Below are positions 26,401 to 41,400 of a DNA stretch of 64,000 nt, piece by piece; position 1 is the first letter of the stretch; the number at the start of each line of letters is the position of its first letter. The notes beneath the pieces are model-generated. The model did no database searches. It was given only the letters and a program-made list of their open reading frames with translations, and was not told where the DNA came from. The stretch comes from Balanoglossus misakiensis (taxonomy: Eukaryota; Animalia; Hemichordata), in the NCBI GenBank assembly GCA_040954595.2, contig CM082592.2:12253796-12317795 (forward strand), given 5' to 3'. Position numbers and translations under genes: made by a program.

Positions 26401-29400
26401 TGGAGTGATGAAGACTGGTTTGGACCATTAATTATGGTGGTGAGGAAAATGGTAAACACACCCCATCCAATGTCCTGTAATACTGTGGTCTTGTGCCTGT
26501 CTCCATCTTATCAGCAATGGTTCTCAAAAGGGCATTCCATAATTCTTGAACGACTCTGAGATAGATTGGAGCCATAAGTTGCCTGTAGAGTATTTCTAAA
26601 TTGCTGTCCAGGTATATCATCAGAGGATCCACTGACTGCAATGTACAAAGTATTGATGGATAAAGATTGACAATGATCCTTCTGTGCAAAATCTATTTTC
26701 ATTGATATACCACAAAGTCACTACTAATTATGAACTTTTAGAGGTAATTACCAAATCTTTGTCACTTTCCAATAACTTGAAGATACACATACTCTTCTTC
26801 ATTTCTTCACTCATTTTATCTGCAACATTCCTTACGAGTAACCCTGATTTGTTGTAAATATCACTGCTGGCATTTTTCACCAATTTTTTCAAGGTGTTCA
26901 ATGACTTCGTTCCGGCAGTTTGGTTGTTGTGTTTTGTCACCAATCTTCCTACAGTACTTTCCCAATGGAGAAGCTTTGGCAGTTCATCTAAGTATTGTCT
27001 TACATGTTCTATGTTGTTGAGGGTAATGCAGAACTGGAATAATTTGAAAAGAAAACAAAATTTACCCCAAAAATATATAATGGGCATTTTAAAACACTGG
27101 TTAACTAGTAAATTGGATATTTTTAAACAATGAAATGGAAGTGTCTGATTTCCTAGTAAATCTTTGAGTATAAAATAATGAATATCAAGACAAGAATGGT
27201 ATATTTATTTCTGCCATATTACCGGTATAGTTTATTTTTCAAACTGGTATTGGGGGGTTATTACACATAATTCAAGTGGTATTGGCATTTTAGTGGCTGG
27301 GGCCATATTTAAGTTGTTTTGCAATAGAGCAAGTTACTAGTACATGTCATGTATTGTGATTTAGCATGCAAGTTCTCAAAAGCATTCTTTCTGTAACAAA
27401 ATAAAAATCTAGAAATGTTAAGCATAATGTCAATATGCACCCAGTGTACCATGGCATTGTGACCGTTTTTTACCTTCTCCTTGATGTCAAACTGATCATT
27501 GTCATCGTCATCATAGAAACCATTCTGTTCTAGGGTGATATGGAGATTGTAAGCATACTGTCTGGCCCCATCACAGATCCCCTTGAAGTAGAAAGCAAAG
27601 ATTTCTTATTCAAAATTTGTGATGTTTTGTGCACTTTTACAACACTATTTTGTGCACTATTACAACCAATATTTTATTCAAGGGTTCAGAGTTAATGGTC
27701 AATGATGTATCACTCTCACCTCTGTTATTCTTGCTATGGCAACACAGGCAGTGTCTGGGTCTTCATAAGCAATTTCACTCCACTCTTCAGTAATCTTAAA
27801 AGACAAAGTTATTTGGATAAATTGGATTCATTTAAGGATTGTTAATTCATCATTAGCTCACTTTTTTTATCACCAAGTCAAAGTTGGCATCTGACTGAAT
27901 CGAAGTAATGAAGAACTTCACAATTTTGAACTGTTACACTGAATTTGAATTTGATGAAACTTGGTAGTGTTATTTTTATGTATTTAATCTCATAGCTCCA
28001 TAAAATGAAAATTTCTGTGTTCCGAGGAAAAGAACTGAACTGCAACAACAACACAAATGAAAGTCATTAATTATCCTGAAATGCACAACAGTATCCAACA
28101 TTCTCATTTCTTGTCTATAAATAGAAAAATAAGCATGTCTACCTTAGCAAAGCAACTCAGCACATCAACAGATGAAATGGAAAACTTGACCAAAGAGTCG
28201 ACTTTCATGACATGGGGATCCATTTCCAAGGCTTTGCTAACTCTGTGATCACACTCACTCTTAAATGTTTGCAACCAGAAAACAAGAGTTCCTTGGAACC
28301 AAGTACTGTAATTACTCAGATCAATTTCATCTCTGTAAGCAAAACAGGAATTTCAAGGGATGAATGAGTGAGTGAATTTGTGCTTGAGTGGTTGCATGAG
28401 TGAGTGAGTGCAAGCGAGTGAGTGAGTGAGTGAGTGAGTGAGTGAGTGAGTGAATGAATAAATGAATGAATGAATGAATGAATGAATGAATGAATGAATG
28501 AATGAATGAATGAATGAATGAAATAAAATCAACAGATAAATAAATAAGGCAGAGACAGACATTCATATGATGCACTTTGGCGAAAAATTAATTTACAGAA
28601 TTAAATGAATCATTCTGAACTTTTCCCATCTTAGCCATGATCAAGAAGGCATCTTGTTATCAAGAAAATCAATTCCAATTCCCACAGATCTGTTTGATGA
28701 TAAAGTTAATCACAGACATTATTGTTAGGTTTTCTAGAATTGTGTGTAATTAATTCTTCATATAACTTAACAAAAACCAGTGGCAATGTACTTATATTCC
28801 AACCTGTCATGGACTGATTGCTCCATTAATTTGATGAGTTTCTTGATCTCGAAATATAGTGCCAAGGATCCTCTACTGCTCTCTGTGATGTTAATGTTGT
28901 ATCGTTGGTAGCGCAGTTGATACTCATCAAGTTTCTTCAAGATTTGTTGCACAGCTTTTGACAGTTGGTGATCGATCAGTTGCACAACAACACTGTAATA
29001 ATTCAGCCCAAACCTGATAATAAAGTCAAATATTCAAATTTGTATTCATTTATTTTAGAACTACCATTGCTTTAAAAACAAGCATGAATAAATCCTTTTG
29101 GGATTTGAAGGTTCATTTGTTGGAACAGACTGCCTGACCTAGAATATTGGATATGGGTGGGGTGATGGTGTTTTAGGGATCATGGTTAAAAAAGGGTCAG
29201 TAATACATATACATGTATATGCATTGAAGTTACACAAAGCCTGAATCCCTTATGATAATCAGTCATCATGTAGATATGACAATCTATGCTGTGGTTTTGA
29301 TGGCTTAAAATTGACAAAGCTGTACGAGTGACAATTGCTCTCTATGCATACATCCAATTTATATAACGTCCATTGATCCAATTAAATCGCTGTTATTATA

Positions 29401-32400
29401 ATAGGTGATGATTTGAATTGTTCACATCACCTTCTGAAGAAATCTTGATATTCTGTCTTGATATAACAAAGCTGTGCACACTCTTTAATTACAGTCCTTA
29501 GATTTTCCAGTGTTGTTAACATCTCGGCAGGTCTCTAAAATACGTCACATTAAAATACACCAGTTAGTAGCGTTAAATGTATTTCACGTAATAGAAAAAC
29601 AAAATCTATTTTTTCTGTTTTTTCCCATAACTTTAGGGTAAGAGTGGAAAGACAACACACTTGTCCAAACTTGATAATACAGGGTTGTTTAGAATACATC
29701 CTCTGTCAAAATGCTATACATTTTCGCCTATACTGAAAAGGTGGCAGTTGGTGAAAGTTGGTGGCAGACAGAAGCCTTGCAGATCTGGCTAACCATGAGT
29801 GGTAGAAAGCCACTCACATCCAGTGAGTGTGATTGACTTCACAATGGAAACTGACCAAAGACAATGGGTTACCTCTTAAACATACCCAAAAGACAATTCA
29901 GGGTGGCGCTTTTGAACGGTGTTTGTTTAATCTTTGCATGCGTCTCACTTTATTTTTGCGTCAGGTCGAGCGCCCAGGCCCTGAACCACCCCTTAACGCC
30001 GTCGAAAATTAACACTGGCGCAGCACCGGCGAAAAGCGTTTTCACTTATTTTTTCCGTCTGAGTCGTATCTGGGCTGGTGTAGCACCAGTGTAGCACCGG
30101 TGAAAATGCTACTGTGAGAATACCCTATCCGACATTTTGACCTCTCACCTTTAACAGTGACAAGGGTGTGAGTAAATATTGTGAATGCAAACAATACACT
30201 CTTCTGATTGTACATATGACCACAGCTTGGATGCCACAAATTCCCTTGCATATTATTCCATCCAAATGCTAACCAGAATTAACGCCATCATTTTTCACTG
30301 CTGGAAATTAACGTAGCAGATAAGGGACACTGCTAAATTATGTTCAACAGCAAAATCTTTTAACTCTTAACTGACATATGGTTCGACCAATGTTGACACT
30401 TGTATGATAAGTAGATGACTCACCAACACTCCCTTCTTTACTGGCATCAAATCTTGTAATCTCTCAGACAACCATTGTTTTGTTGGTGGTTGGATTTTGT
30501 CTGTCAACTTTTCAATCATTTTTCGAGTTAAACTGGCACCATTTCCACTAAGCTGTTTCAGTGATAACAGGCCATGTATAATATCTAGACTGTGAAAAAT
30601 GTGAAAGTAACTGTTATGCACAAAATATAATCATCAAGTCACCTTACAGAAATGTTACTTGTACATCTGTGTATTCTGAATATTACCATGTAGTACTGAA
30701 CACCTATTGCCTGGCCATGAGGGCCATAGCGGCCGTTTATTACACCCGAGGGGCTGTGAGTTACCAGAATCATATGCTATTTCCCGAGGCCGCAGGCCGA
30801 GGGAAATAGCATATGATTCTGGTAACTCACAGTCACGAGGGGGTAAAAACGGCTGCTATGGCCCGAATATAGGCCAGGCTATAGGTGTTTTATAATAAAC
30901 CTCATGCTAACAGCTGGGAAAATCTTGCAATTTTCTCTTGAGGCTGGCAGACGACATCTTCAGCGGTGGCCATTGTGTCAGACGACGCGACGCTGATTGA
31001 CGTGACCATGTTGGTCATGTGACCGGTTTATATTTTTTCTGCTATATCCCTAGCGGTTCATAGTCGATTCTATTTTCCTATCACGTGACGGATTCTGGCG
31101 AATCACGGCACAGTATTAGCATGAGGTATATTATAATTGTAATTATTAAATGTAGATAATCTAATCTACACTAAATACACCCATGTTACATATGGTTAAT
31201 ATATTGAATTAACACTATAGAGACACAATGTCATATAAATGCAAGTGCATATGGATTTTATCAATAAAAGGAAATTACCAGCATTTTTTCTCCATCAAAA
31301 TCAAGTTTTCTTGATTGTTTGGTGGAAACACATCAGGACACTCTCCTATGTTATGCATTGCTGCATCAATAAATAATGAGATGCATTGTTCCAGGACAGC
31401 TAACTGGGAAAAGATGATATCATGAAGATCACAATTACACTTAAACAAAAGAGGTTGACTAGCACACTCTTTGTGTATTCTGTTGTAAAGTCATGAATAT
31501 TAATAGATTATACCTGTTTATAATAACACATTCATTCTACACAGTAAATCTGATTATAACAAACTTTAAAAAGCCTGGTCAGCTTAGTTTACCACGATGA
31601 CCTAGCTAGCATGCAAATGGCCAGCAAAAATTACATATTTAGATACATGCATGTGACAGGTTAAATTGGAATGAGTCAGTAGTTTGTTCTTCTTTGTCTA
31701 GACTTTTTTCACATAAATTTAAAATATGCCAGATACAACATTACAGTAAAACATTACAGTAAAAATTAAGTATACAACAAGCAACTTTGTCTACAACATA
31801 TACAGAAAAACAGAGTTGCTAGTGTGAGTGTTCAAACGGTTGTATTTCTGAAAGACCATAATTGTAAGTGTGAGCAATCAGACAGTTGTATAGAAATAAA
31901 CAGCCAAATAGTGCAAGCCGGCATTCAAATATTTGTATTTCTGAAATACACAGCCATAACTGTAGTGCGAGCATTCAGTCTCATTCTCTCACCTCATGTC
32001 TAGACAAGGATGATTTGTAAGGGAAATCACTCATATCAAATGACCCCTGGGGCATCTCCATGGCAGAGGTTGCCATGTCAACCTGAGACACAGCTTGGTT
32101 AAGAGCAGACCTCTCCAGTCCATATTGTATGCACCATTCCAATAGAACACAAAGTTGGCTAGAAAAATTGAAAAAGATAAATATATAATGCATTAGATTA
32201 TGCAATTGCTCCAGCAACACTAATGTTAAAAAGTCACGTTTTCTGAAAAAAATACATACTTATAACAAGTTTGTTAATTATTCTATTTATTTGACTTTTC
32301 AGTAACAGTGGTTGTACTTGGAGTAAACGAACGAACATGAGGTAGGTTAATCAAATTAAACCGTACCATTTACTCTGTTATATCACGAATTTGCCAAGAT

Positions 32401-35400
32401 TTGGCGTGTTTTTGTTCCATCAAAATCGAGGTTGTAGCTCCAGCCTGGGTGCATAATTTCATTTCCGCCTTTATTAGGTTCTGAGAGAGAAGAGACCTCT
32501 TGTAGTGGAGGCCCTAGGTTTGATTCCCAGTCTAGCGCTTTGTCATTTTTTATCTAGAGTTATCTAAAGTTTCAGGTTTACTCGTAAACCTGACAGTTTT
32601 TATCAAAGAATGACATGTGGAAATGACGAGAGGATCGGTTATGGAAAAGAAAAAAAATGCTCTAGCAGTGGGCACGATTGACTGAGGCAAAGAGCAGGGA
32701 CTAACAATTGCAACCACAGGTAGACATTTTACTACATTTTGTTAGCATGCAAAAATAATTGATATATTTTAAGGATACTTACATCACAGACTGTGAAACC
32801 TTAGTAATACCATGCTGAACAGCAAATTGATCTAGAAGTAACACACTTTCTTTTGAAAGCATACCATCCCAAGGACCTGACTGATTTTTCACCTGTGTAC
32901 ATAAAAGTTCAAACTTAAATAATCTTCTCTCAGTTGTGACTTTGTAAATAGAATCTGTGATGTAGGGTAGTAACCAGTGTTACAAAAGAGATGCTTTACT
33001 ATGCTGCCTATAGTAGTCATTACAACTTTCATTACACTTTTCTATTGAAAATTGGACTGTGTCTAATTCTGACTTCAGCACAGTCTTGAAAATTGGGCTG
33101 TATCAAGTTCTGACCAGATTAGAATTGCAATTTTGGCTTTCAAATTCTGAAATGATGCAAGAAGCATTTCCTTTTGAAATTGTGTACCTTGTGCAAGTCT
33201 CATCATTTTCTTCAAAGCATTGATAGCTAGCTTGTCCAATATACTTTTGATGTGCTATCCAGGTTTATAAAAAATTGAATTTTAATAGTATTCATAAGAT
33301 TGGAATAAACTTACCATTCCATTATCTCCAGCATTATATTTAGAGACCTCTTTAGCAAGCATGTAGTATCTCTCCATATTTTCAGAAGATAACCCATCAA
33401 CTTCATCATGCTGTGGAGAAAACAACTAGCATTACAAAGATGAAACCTATTTGAAATGCTGTTTCTGACAGCACTTTCTTGTCAAGACAAATTACATAGC
33501 ATTAGCGATATAACTGAAATATGGAATGGACAATTCAATATGTTTTATGGGATAATTTTGCAAGACAACTTACTACCTAATGATTGCTGTGTTTACATAT
33601 GTTGTATCATGCACAATTATACGTGATACCTTGCAGATGATGATGGTGATAATTACCTATTGTGTTACCACCTCTAGAACTATACAATAAAAGCTGAATG
33701 AGACTCACGATTAAAAAAAAGTATTCAGAGGTGTTATTTTTGAGGTAGTTGGCAATCCCAGATTGAATAGCACACATGACCATTCGAAGAATAAGGCACG
33801 CCCATTTGACCAAATACTGTCATATGTAAATTAGAGATGACAGAATATTTAAGGAATTTCTCACCTCTTTATGAGTCAACTGTAATCTAAGTCTGATTTC
33901 GCCTGTAACCACAGCACTCGCCAGGGATTGACGTTGTAGTTTATACCATTGGTCACAGCCAAGACTTGAGATCTCTCTCAGTGGAATGTAAATCTTCCCA
34001 AGGAAATCATCTACTGGCTTGCCATATTCCACAGTTTGACGAATATTTCTAAAAATGCTGAAATTATTAAAATATTGAAATATACATTAAATATGTAAAA
34101 AATATTTGGTCAAATTGTCTTGTGTTTATTAGAAATAAAAAAAATAACTTCAAACTTTTTCCTGCTAATCACTACACCCAGTGGAAAATCTGAAGAGGGA
34201 ATACCAATTTGAGTGGATGTCTATTTCTGTTTATTTCTGTCGAATTGTCTGTCTGTCTGGTATAGTATCCGTGTCAACTAACTTTCGAAGTCCAGCAAGT
34301 CTGTGTTCAGGATCTAGACTTTTAATGGCGTCCATGATTGAACTGTCTTCATCATGATCCCACATATATATGTGAAGTTCTTCACTGGGAAGGTCTGTGA
34401 CATCACTGGAATATAAGAACACAAGAAAACACTTTATGAACCTTTCAGGGTTCTTTATGAACTCAACATACACTAATAACAATTAATCTATATCCATATA
34501 CGTTTTTTTTTTTCAATTTTACATTAAAAGACATGACCTATTGGCAAATACTTCTACAGTTTTGTGATTGTCTGCTTTTGCAGCTCCCCATGTGAATACA
34601 TTGTATTTGACCTATAAACTTTACAATATATATGGGTATGATCTCAATTATTTGACACTGAAGTCTCAGGTATCAATTTCTGGTTATTTCAGAATTATTC
34701 CTTGCCACTGTATGCACAATCTCTTTCATACTGTTAATTGTAAAAAAATAAACTCCTTGACCTCATTCACTAAATGGAAAATAAGAGAGTCCTTGAGATC
34801 AGACATTGAACCCATCGCTTATTTACTTCGAATTATAGACTTACAATGTATACTCTTCAAGCCATTTTGGATGTAGGGTTTTGAACTTTGTTTGTGTTTT
34901 CACAACATTGCTGGTCTCGATGGAGTTACTGCGTTTGTTGGGGTTTTTGTGACTGTGTTTGGGGTTTGACTTTGGGCTGTGCTTAGGACTGTGTTTTGGC
35001 TTAATGACACTCAGTAAACAGTAAGGATCACTCAGACCTAAATAATGAAAAAAAAGATGCGTTAACAATTGAAATAAAATCTGAAATAATTTAAGAAACA
35101 TAACCTTCAGTTATGGATATTTCTGGTGTAATGCTACTATTTCTTTGGTTCGGCTTTTTGGATATGTTTGTAGGATAGCGTGTTTTTTGAAGCGGTAATA
35201 ATCGATTTTGAACTGAAAAGGGAATAATAATTTATGAAAGTCTGCATAATGATGTACCTACCATTGGCATCCATAGCTTTGATGTTTTTGGCTTCTACAA
35301 TGGTAATCTTGAGTATTGCTTGAGGCTGTTACCATTGAAAATAGAAAGATAGAGTGATTTCAAAATTAAATTCACTATAAAACTTTTGAAGGAAATATTT

Positions 35401-38400
35401 GTTAATTGATAATTTTGGAGAGATATTATCACAGACCATTTGCCTCACCTTTTTTATCATGGCATTCCCAATGCATTTTTCATGTGTTTCTGTATCAATC
35501 TTGAATACCTAAATGAAAGAAACAAAGAAACATAGAAGGTGTAACATGACAAAATGTCTTCATTGTTCATCTGTGTGTTGTGTATTTATTGTCTCTTGTC
35601 ATCTATGTCTCTATGGAGTTTGAAAGTAGCTTAGTGCATCAGTAATAATACATGTACAAACAAGTGGCAAATTTATTAAGTTTAGAAAGATAAATATCGG
35701 ATATCTCGTCCCAAAACTATTCTGTGGGTCCGCCAGAAAACATGATCTAAAAAGCGGCAAATTTGTAAAGTTCAGAAGGATAATAAGACGCACTAAGGGA
35801 CTGTGTCAGAACTTACTTCCGGGGGGGGGGGGGGCGGAGTATTTTCGGGGGGGGGGACCACCCATTTTCTCCAAGAAAGGTTAGGGGGGGGGGTCCAGAC
35901 ATAAAAATCACAATCCTTTAGGGGGGAACCATGGAAAAACCCCAGGAAAGTTAAGGGGGACCACAAATTTCCTCCACAATTCACTAGGGGGACCATGGAA
36001 AAAAATCACCAGGAATATATAAAACAAATCCTCCGGCCCCACCCTGGAAGTAAATTTTGAACAGTGCCTTTCAGTCAATCTCGATTTTCTAGCGATTATT
36101 TGTTCGTTCTGGTTTGCGTAGTAGATGGCATTTACTGATTTTTTTGCAAGGCGTGATTTGAAAAACAACTGAAAATCCTTTGACGTCGCGTTTTTGTGAT
36201 TTTTAATAGTCATTCCCGCGAATTTCGATATATCGACACGTATTTATATGTACCTTGGACCGGTCATTACGTTACATTCTTTTGTTTGAGCAGACACTGG
36301 AATTTTATCCGCAGTGAACTGCAAAATGCTTACGATTTTTTTCGTTCTTGCTGACATTTTCATGTAAATAGTAAACGTGAAAACCTGTTAACGAGCGCCC
36401 TTATCGATTATTGGTTTGGAATTTATCGCAGACCTTTCAACTTTTAATATTGAGAAATCGTGCGATTTTCAAAAGAGCGTCCATTGACGATCTGTACTTG
36501 TTGTTTTGAGAATCGAATTATCCAGCTTTTATCGTATACAATATCTGCGGGTTCTGCTTAAATAAGTTTTTAAGTAAATGTAGGATAGTAATGTCAACTT
36601 AATTTAACTTTTTATCTGTAGATGCAAAAATACCGTAGAGTTAAAAACACGGATGGCTCCGACGCCATCTTGATTGTTATAAGATCTTTCAGTCAACTTG
36701 AATCTCGATTTTTTGTTCGTTCTGCTTTGCCCAGTAGATGGCATTTATTGAAGACTATTTTTTACAACGCGTGATTTGAAATACAACTGAAAATCCTTTG
36801 ACGTCGCGTTTTTGTGATTTTTAATATTCATTCGCTCGAATTTATCGAGAATAAAACTGTTTGGATTTTAGGGACTGTTCAGAATTTAGTTTCAGGGTGC
36901 TGCGGAGGATTTTCAGGGGGGGGGGAACCACCACCCATTTTCTACAAGAAAAATTAGGGGGGGACCAGACATAAAAATCACAATCCTTTAGGGGGCCCTG
37001 AACCCTAGGAAGTTTAAGGGGGACCACAGATTTCCTCCACAATTTACGAGGTGGTTTAGAAATTACCAGAAAAATAAAAAAATCCTCCGGCCCTACCCTT
37101 GATGTAAATTCTGAACAGTCCCTAAATATTGGATATATCGTCCCAAAACTATTTTGTAGGTCCGCCAGAAAACCCGATCTAAATAGCGGCAAATTTATAA
37201 AGTTTAGAACGATAATTATACGCGCTAAATATCGGATATATCGTACCAAAAGTCAAAACTATTTTGTAGGTCCGCCAGAAAGCCCGATCTAAATAATGGC
37301 AAATTTATAAAGTTTAGAACGATTATTATACGAGCCAAATATCGGATATCTCGTCCCAAAACTATTCGGAAAATGTGCTCTAAATCGCGGCCAATTTATA
37401 AAGTTTGGAACGATTATTAGATAGTTGGTAAGCTGTGTTTAGCTGCTTTAGCTAGAATAGCTCCAATAGCTGACACGGAATTTAGAAAAGCATCACTGTA
37501 AAAGACACAATTCCACATTTTACTCGTTAGGTTGTAGTAGCTGTAGAAAATTAAATCAACTTGTTAGTGACTTTTATGTTCACCAGGGTGTCCCCAGCCC
37601 CAAAGTAAAAGAAACTAGTTACATGGTGCATCCCAACCATGTGACGCAGTCCTTATGGTTGACGAACTTACAAGTGCAAAATCATCAGCAAAAAGTAAAT
37701 ACATGATTTTCAAAACCCTGACTTCAACACCAGAAAAATGTCTGGATTGTTGGCATGAAAGCTATGTGACTGCATTAATCAAATAGTGGCTGGGACCAAC
37801 CAGAAAAATCTATTGAGTACACCAGATTTTGATTTCTAAAGTAGACTGTCCATTCCAGACATGTTGTAAATTCCCGTGTGACTATATGCTAGTCTCAAAT
37901 GTTGACTGAATGGGTGCAGTGTAGGTTTACATTTGTCTTTTCAAAACACACAAAGGTATGGCAATATGTGATCTCATTGTGGCTGCTGGTCCTAAACAGG
38001 ATACGTTTTCCATGACTAAATCTCAATTCATTCCTTTTGTAAAGACAAAATGGAAACAGGGTGACTGTAGACTCCATACTTTGTCTCATAATGGGCTGGG
38101 CAGGGTGGGGTATAGGGTTGGGGTGGCAGTTTCACCTACTTTTTTCATACAGGAGTGTGCGACCCAAGTTAAAAACATCAACCCATGCATACTTTTGTGG
38201 CCATGGTGAACAACATTAAGTAGTAACAAGATTTAAACACATTAATATAATTTGGATGACAATATATTCCCAGCATTATTAAACAACAGGAAGCTTCCCG
38301 AATATGACACTGAAGCATTGGGTACTTCTGGTCAGAGCACTTGCCATGATTTTCCAGTAGAAAACACTTAAATTATAAAATATTAACTAAAATCAACACT

Positions 38401-41400
38401 TACATCTTGTATGTGTTGGATCAAATGTGTTGCTGTGATGTTGTCAGCATTTTCTGCCTTGCCCAGCGGATGAAGGATGCTCTGTAAAAGTGAACTGTAA
38501 AACCCCTCAAAGGAATCCTGGTGGAGAAAATGACAGAAAGCAGATATAGTTTCTGACACACGTTTTTTATGTGTGTTTTTTTTCTACCGCCATCCCACCA
38601 CCAGCAACTCCCCCCCCCACACACACACAAACTATAACCATACGTTAAATAAGTGTCGAATGGGTTTGGCATTACGCTGTCATGCATCAACTCTCCGGAA
38701 ATATTCGTACTCGTAGGGCTATGTGCTGGGGACACGTCACCATTGGCACAAAGCAATCCATTACCAGTAGACACAACATACTTTAGCCCTGCTTATTCAG
38801 GTCTCTGTGTTCCGGTGTAACGCCGGGAACACAGACCTGTATGCAGGGCTAAGTATGTGGTAACGTAACTAGACATAGACACAGTGAAATTTAGACACGT
38901 ACTAGCACAGGTATTATAACAAGTAGAAGAGACACTCCACCAATAAAGTTGCCCAACTTATTCGAACATGAAGGTCCTACCAAATAGCACTGTCTTCAAT
39001 GAAACCCAGCCTCAATAATCTATTTTTAAAACCCTTCTTACGTGTAAAATTAAAGCGTCTCTCTGTCTGGATTTCCTCTTCAGGTGTTTCAACGGCATCT
39101 GAAAATTCGGAAAGCGGAGTTGTTAAGAATGTTCAAACTACGCCATGACACACGGATTGAACTCTCGATAAGAAATACAAGCTTTGTAATATTACTTGAA
39201 ATGTTGTAATCCTAACATAGGGAAGTGCTTCCGATAGACACTCGCCTCTCGCAGTTTCGACGTCCAGCATAAACGACGGCAAGTTAGCATGTGGGATGAT
39301 AGACGCGTGTGGACCGTGTGCATTAATTAATATTGTGCAACAGTACACGCCCCTTAACCCTCTTTATCAGAAGCCAGTAGCGGTCCGGAAGTTGACCACT
39401 TATCTTTCATTCATAGGGAAATTTCGATATCTTTCTTGGTGTTACCAAGGTGAAGTAGAATTAAAGATTAGCAATTCCGGGTTTACTGACGGGCTTTCAA
39501 CATTGTAGATCTACCGGTAAGTGATCTCCGGCCGTTAAATTTGATCAAGAGCATTGACATGGTTTACACCAATAAATACGCCCTTCACGCACACGTACGT
39601 GCGCGACTGGATGTCCCACTTAAATAAAGCGTATCAAGCATTCCTGTGCCTCTGAAAAATTGTTTTCTTCGTTCAATAATAATGTCCAAACAGTGAAGTC
39701 CACACTACGGGACTCGAAGCACCATCGACATATACACATGACATGGCGATGCCAGACATGCGGTAGTACCGTTTCCAACATTTTGTATAAATTGCCGATC
39801 GGTGCCGATCAAAAGTTCAACAAACACCACCCATAGCGATCACTGACTTTACACAAACCTTTGTTGACAACGCCATTTTCCTGGGCCTATATCACACTGT
39901 AACCGTGAAGCCTGTCGATTTTATCCCATGAAGCCTTTTCAGCTCCTACAGGACGTGATACGGGTGTTTATGAACTCCTGGTGTTACTAACTTGTATGTA
40001 CAATGTAAGCACATGTGCCACTATAGTACGCGATTGTGTTCAACTCAATGGTACCATCTGATTTTAAGACTTAAGAGCTTAGAAACTCCGTGCTATGAAG
40101 AGTGGGGGTACGGGTTGAGCTTTTGGAGCGGTCAGTCAGACAGGTGGCAGTCACGTGATTAACTAAATATCGGCAGTTCGCCAACTCGCTGGCATGGCAC
40201 TGACACCAAATTAGAACTCTGATTGATAATTCGTTTCCACGCATTAAGGTTAGTTAGGGTAAGAGTTAGGTTACTCTATTACCCGCAGAGCGGGTTCTAA
40301 GCCGAGGCACGGTCAGTGATCGTGGCCGAAGCAACAATATTGGCCGATTATATTAGTGTCTTGAAGGCATGAACTGCACATCGAGGTTGTGCCAAATACA
40401 CCTAATATCTAGCTGGTAATATTACCATGTTGTAATTGATATTTAGCACTAATTTGATAGTTCAATAACATCTCTTACCATTTAGGGCACATTCATGGTG
40501 ACTATAACTTCAAAATAGATTAGCGTTGGTGTAAAAGAAAAGAATTATGTATTGTCGAAGGCTCGTTTTTAGTGTACTTGACGTTTACGCCGATCTAATT
40601 TAAGATTGGCAGTGGTGATGACGTCAATCGGAAAGATCATACAGTGGTTTGTTTATAGAGGTTATTAACAGTATCTCAAAGACTAGTCTTGTTTGAGTTT
40701 GGTCAGACGTTTGTCACGACAATTGTCAATCTAATTTCCTTGTAACATTCCAAAAACAATTGCGCGTAAAGAAATACGAAGTACTTAGAAAAGGTCAGAG
40801 TTATTTCAGAGTACGAGTCCACCCACACTCGCATGTTGACTGGGAGTTTCTCCGCTCCCCTCTCCATCTAACTGAAGGGAGGGGACGTAGGGGTGACGGT
40901 GTCGGTCAGTTATGTTAACCTCTACCCTATACGTGATCGAGTAAGATTGTAACCGCCGTCTGGACAAAGTTTTAGAAGCTTCATGCAACGCTGTATTTCT
41001 CACTGCCACGTAAAAAGAATATATACTTCATTAATTCACACCATCCCGGGCCCGGAAAAAATAAGTAATACAATACTATTTAAACGATTGTAATATTTAA
41101 TTATCCGGTTTTGGACAAAAATCTTAGTGGGGTGTCTTCCAAGCTGCCCATAGATGGCCATCTTTGGAGTGTTTCTCGAAATACGACAGAAATTGGTATG
41201 AACATCTTCTATGGCTGAGTTTTGGTTGCATTCATCTCCACATACCTCACTGCCATAAACGATAGTAGGCCTTACGAGTTTATCGTAACGAGACAACATT
41301 AAAGATGTGATAAGAATGGTATAATATGCATAGCGAATGACATATTTTCAGAAGCGTAGCTCGAGGTTTTGCCTGGTATATTGTGTGGACGGCAAACCAG

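Larger units (their letters stand above)
35690..37420. repeat. Intronic composite repeat: ~100-bp units (aaatatcggatatctcgtcccaaaactatt...) and a duplicated segment (~36070-36225 / ~36690-36845)
   Basis: Unit seen at ~35693 and three times at 37124-37420. Confidence 0.7.

Noticed and set aside
19840-30895. Three identical 62-aa ORFs (MPGHEGH...)
   Set aside because: Chance TTG-start ORF inside the hairpin element.
32470-32540. tRNA-like B-box (ggtttgattccc)
   Set aside because: No cloverleaf or clear A-box; at most a decayed SINE head.
33188-33226. Possible extra BAIAP3-like exon
   Set aside because: Phase 1-1, while the flanking exons join in phase 0.
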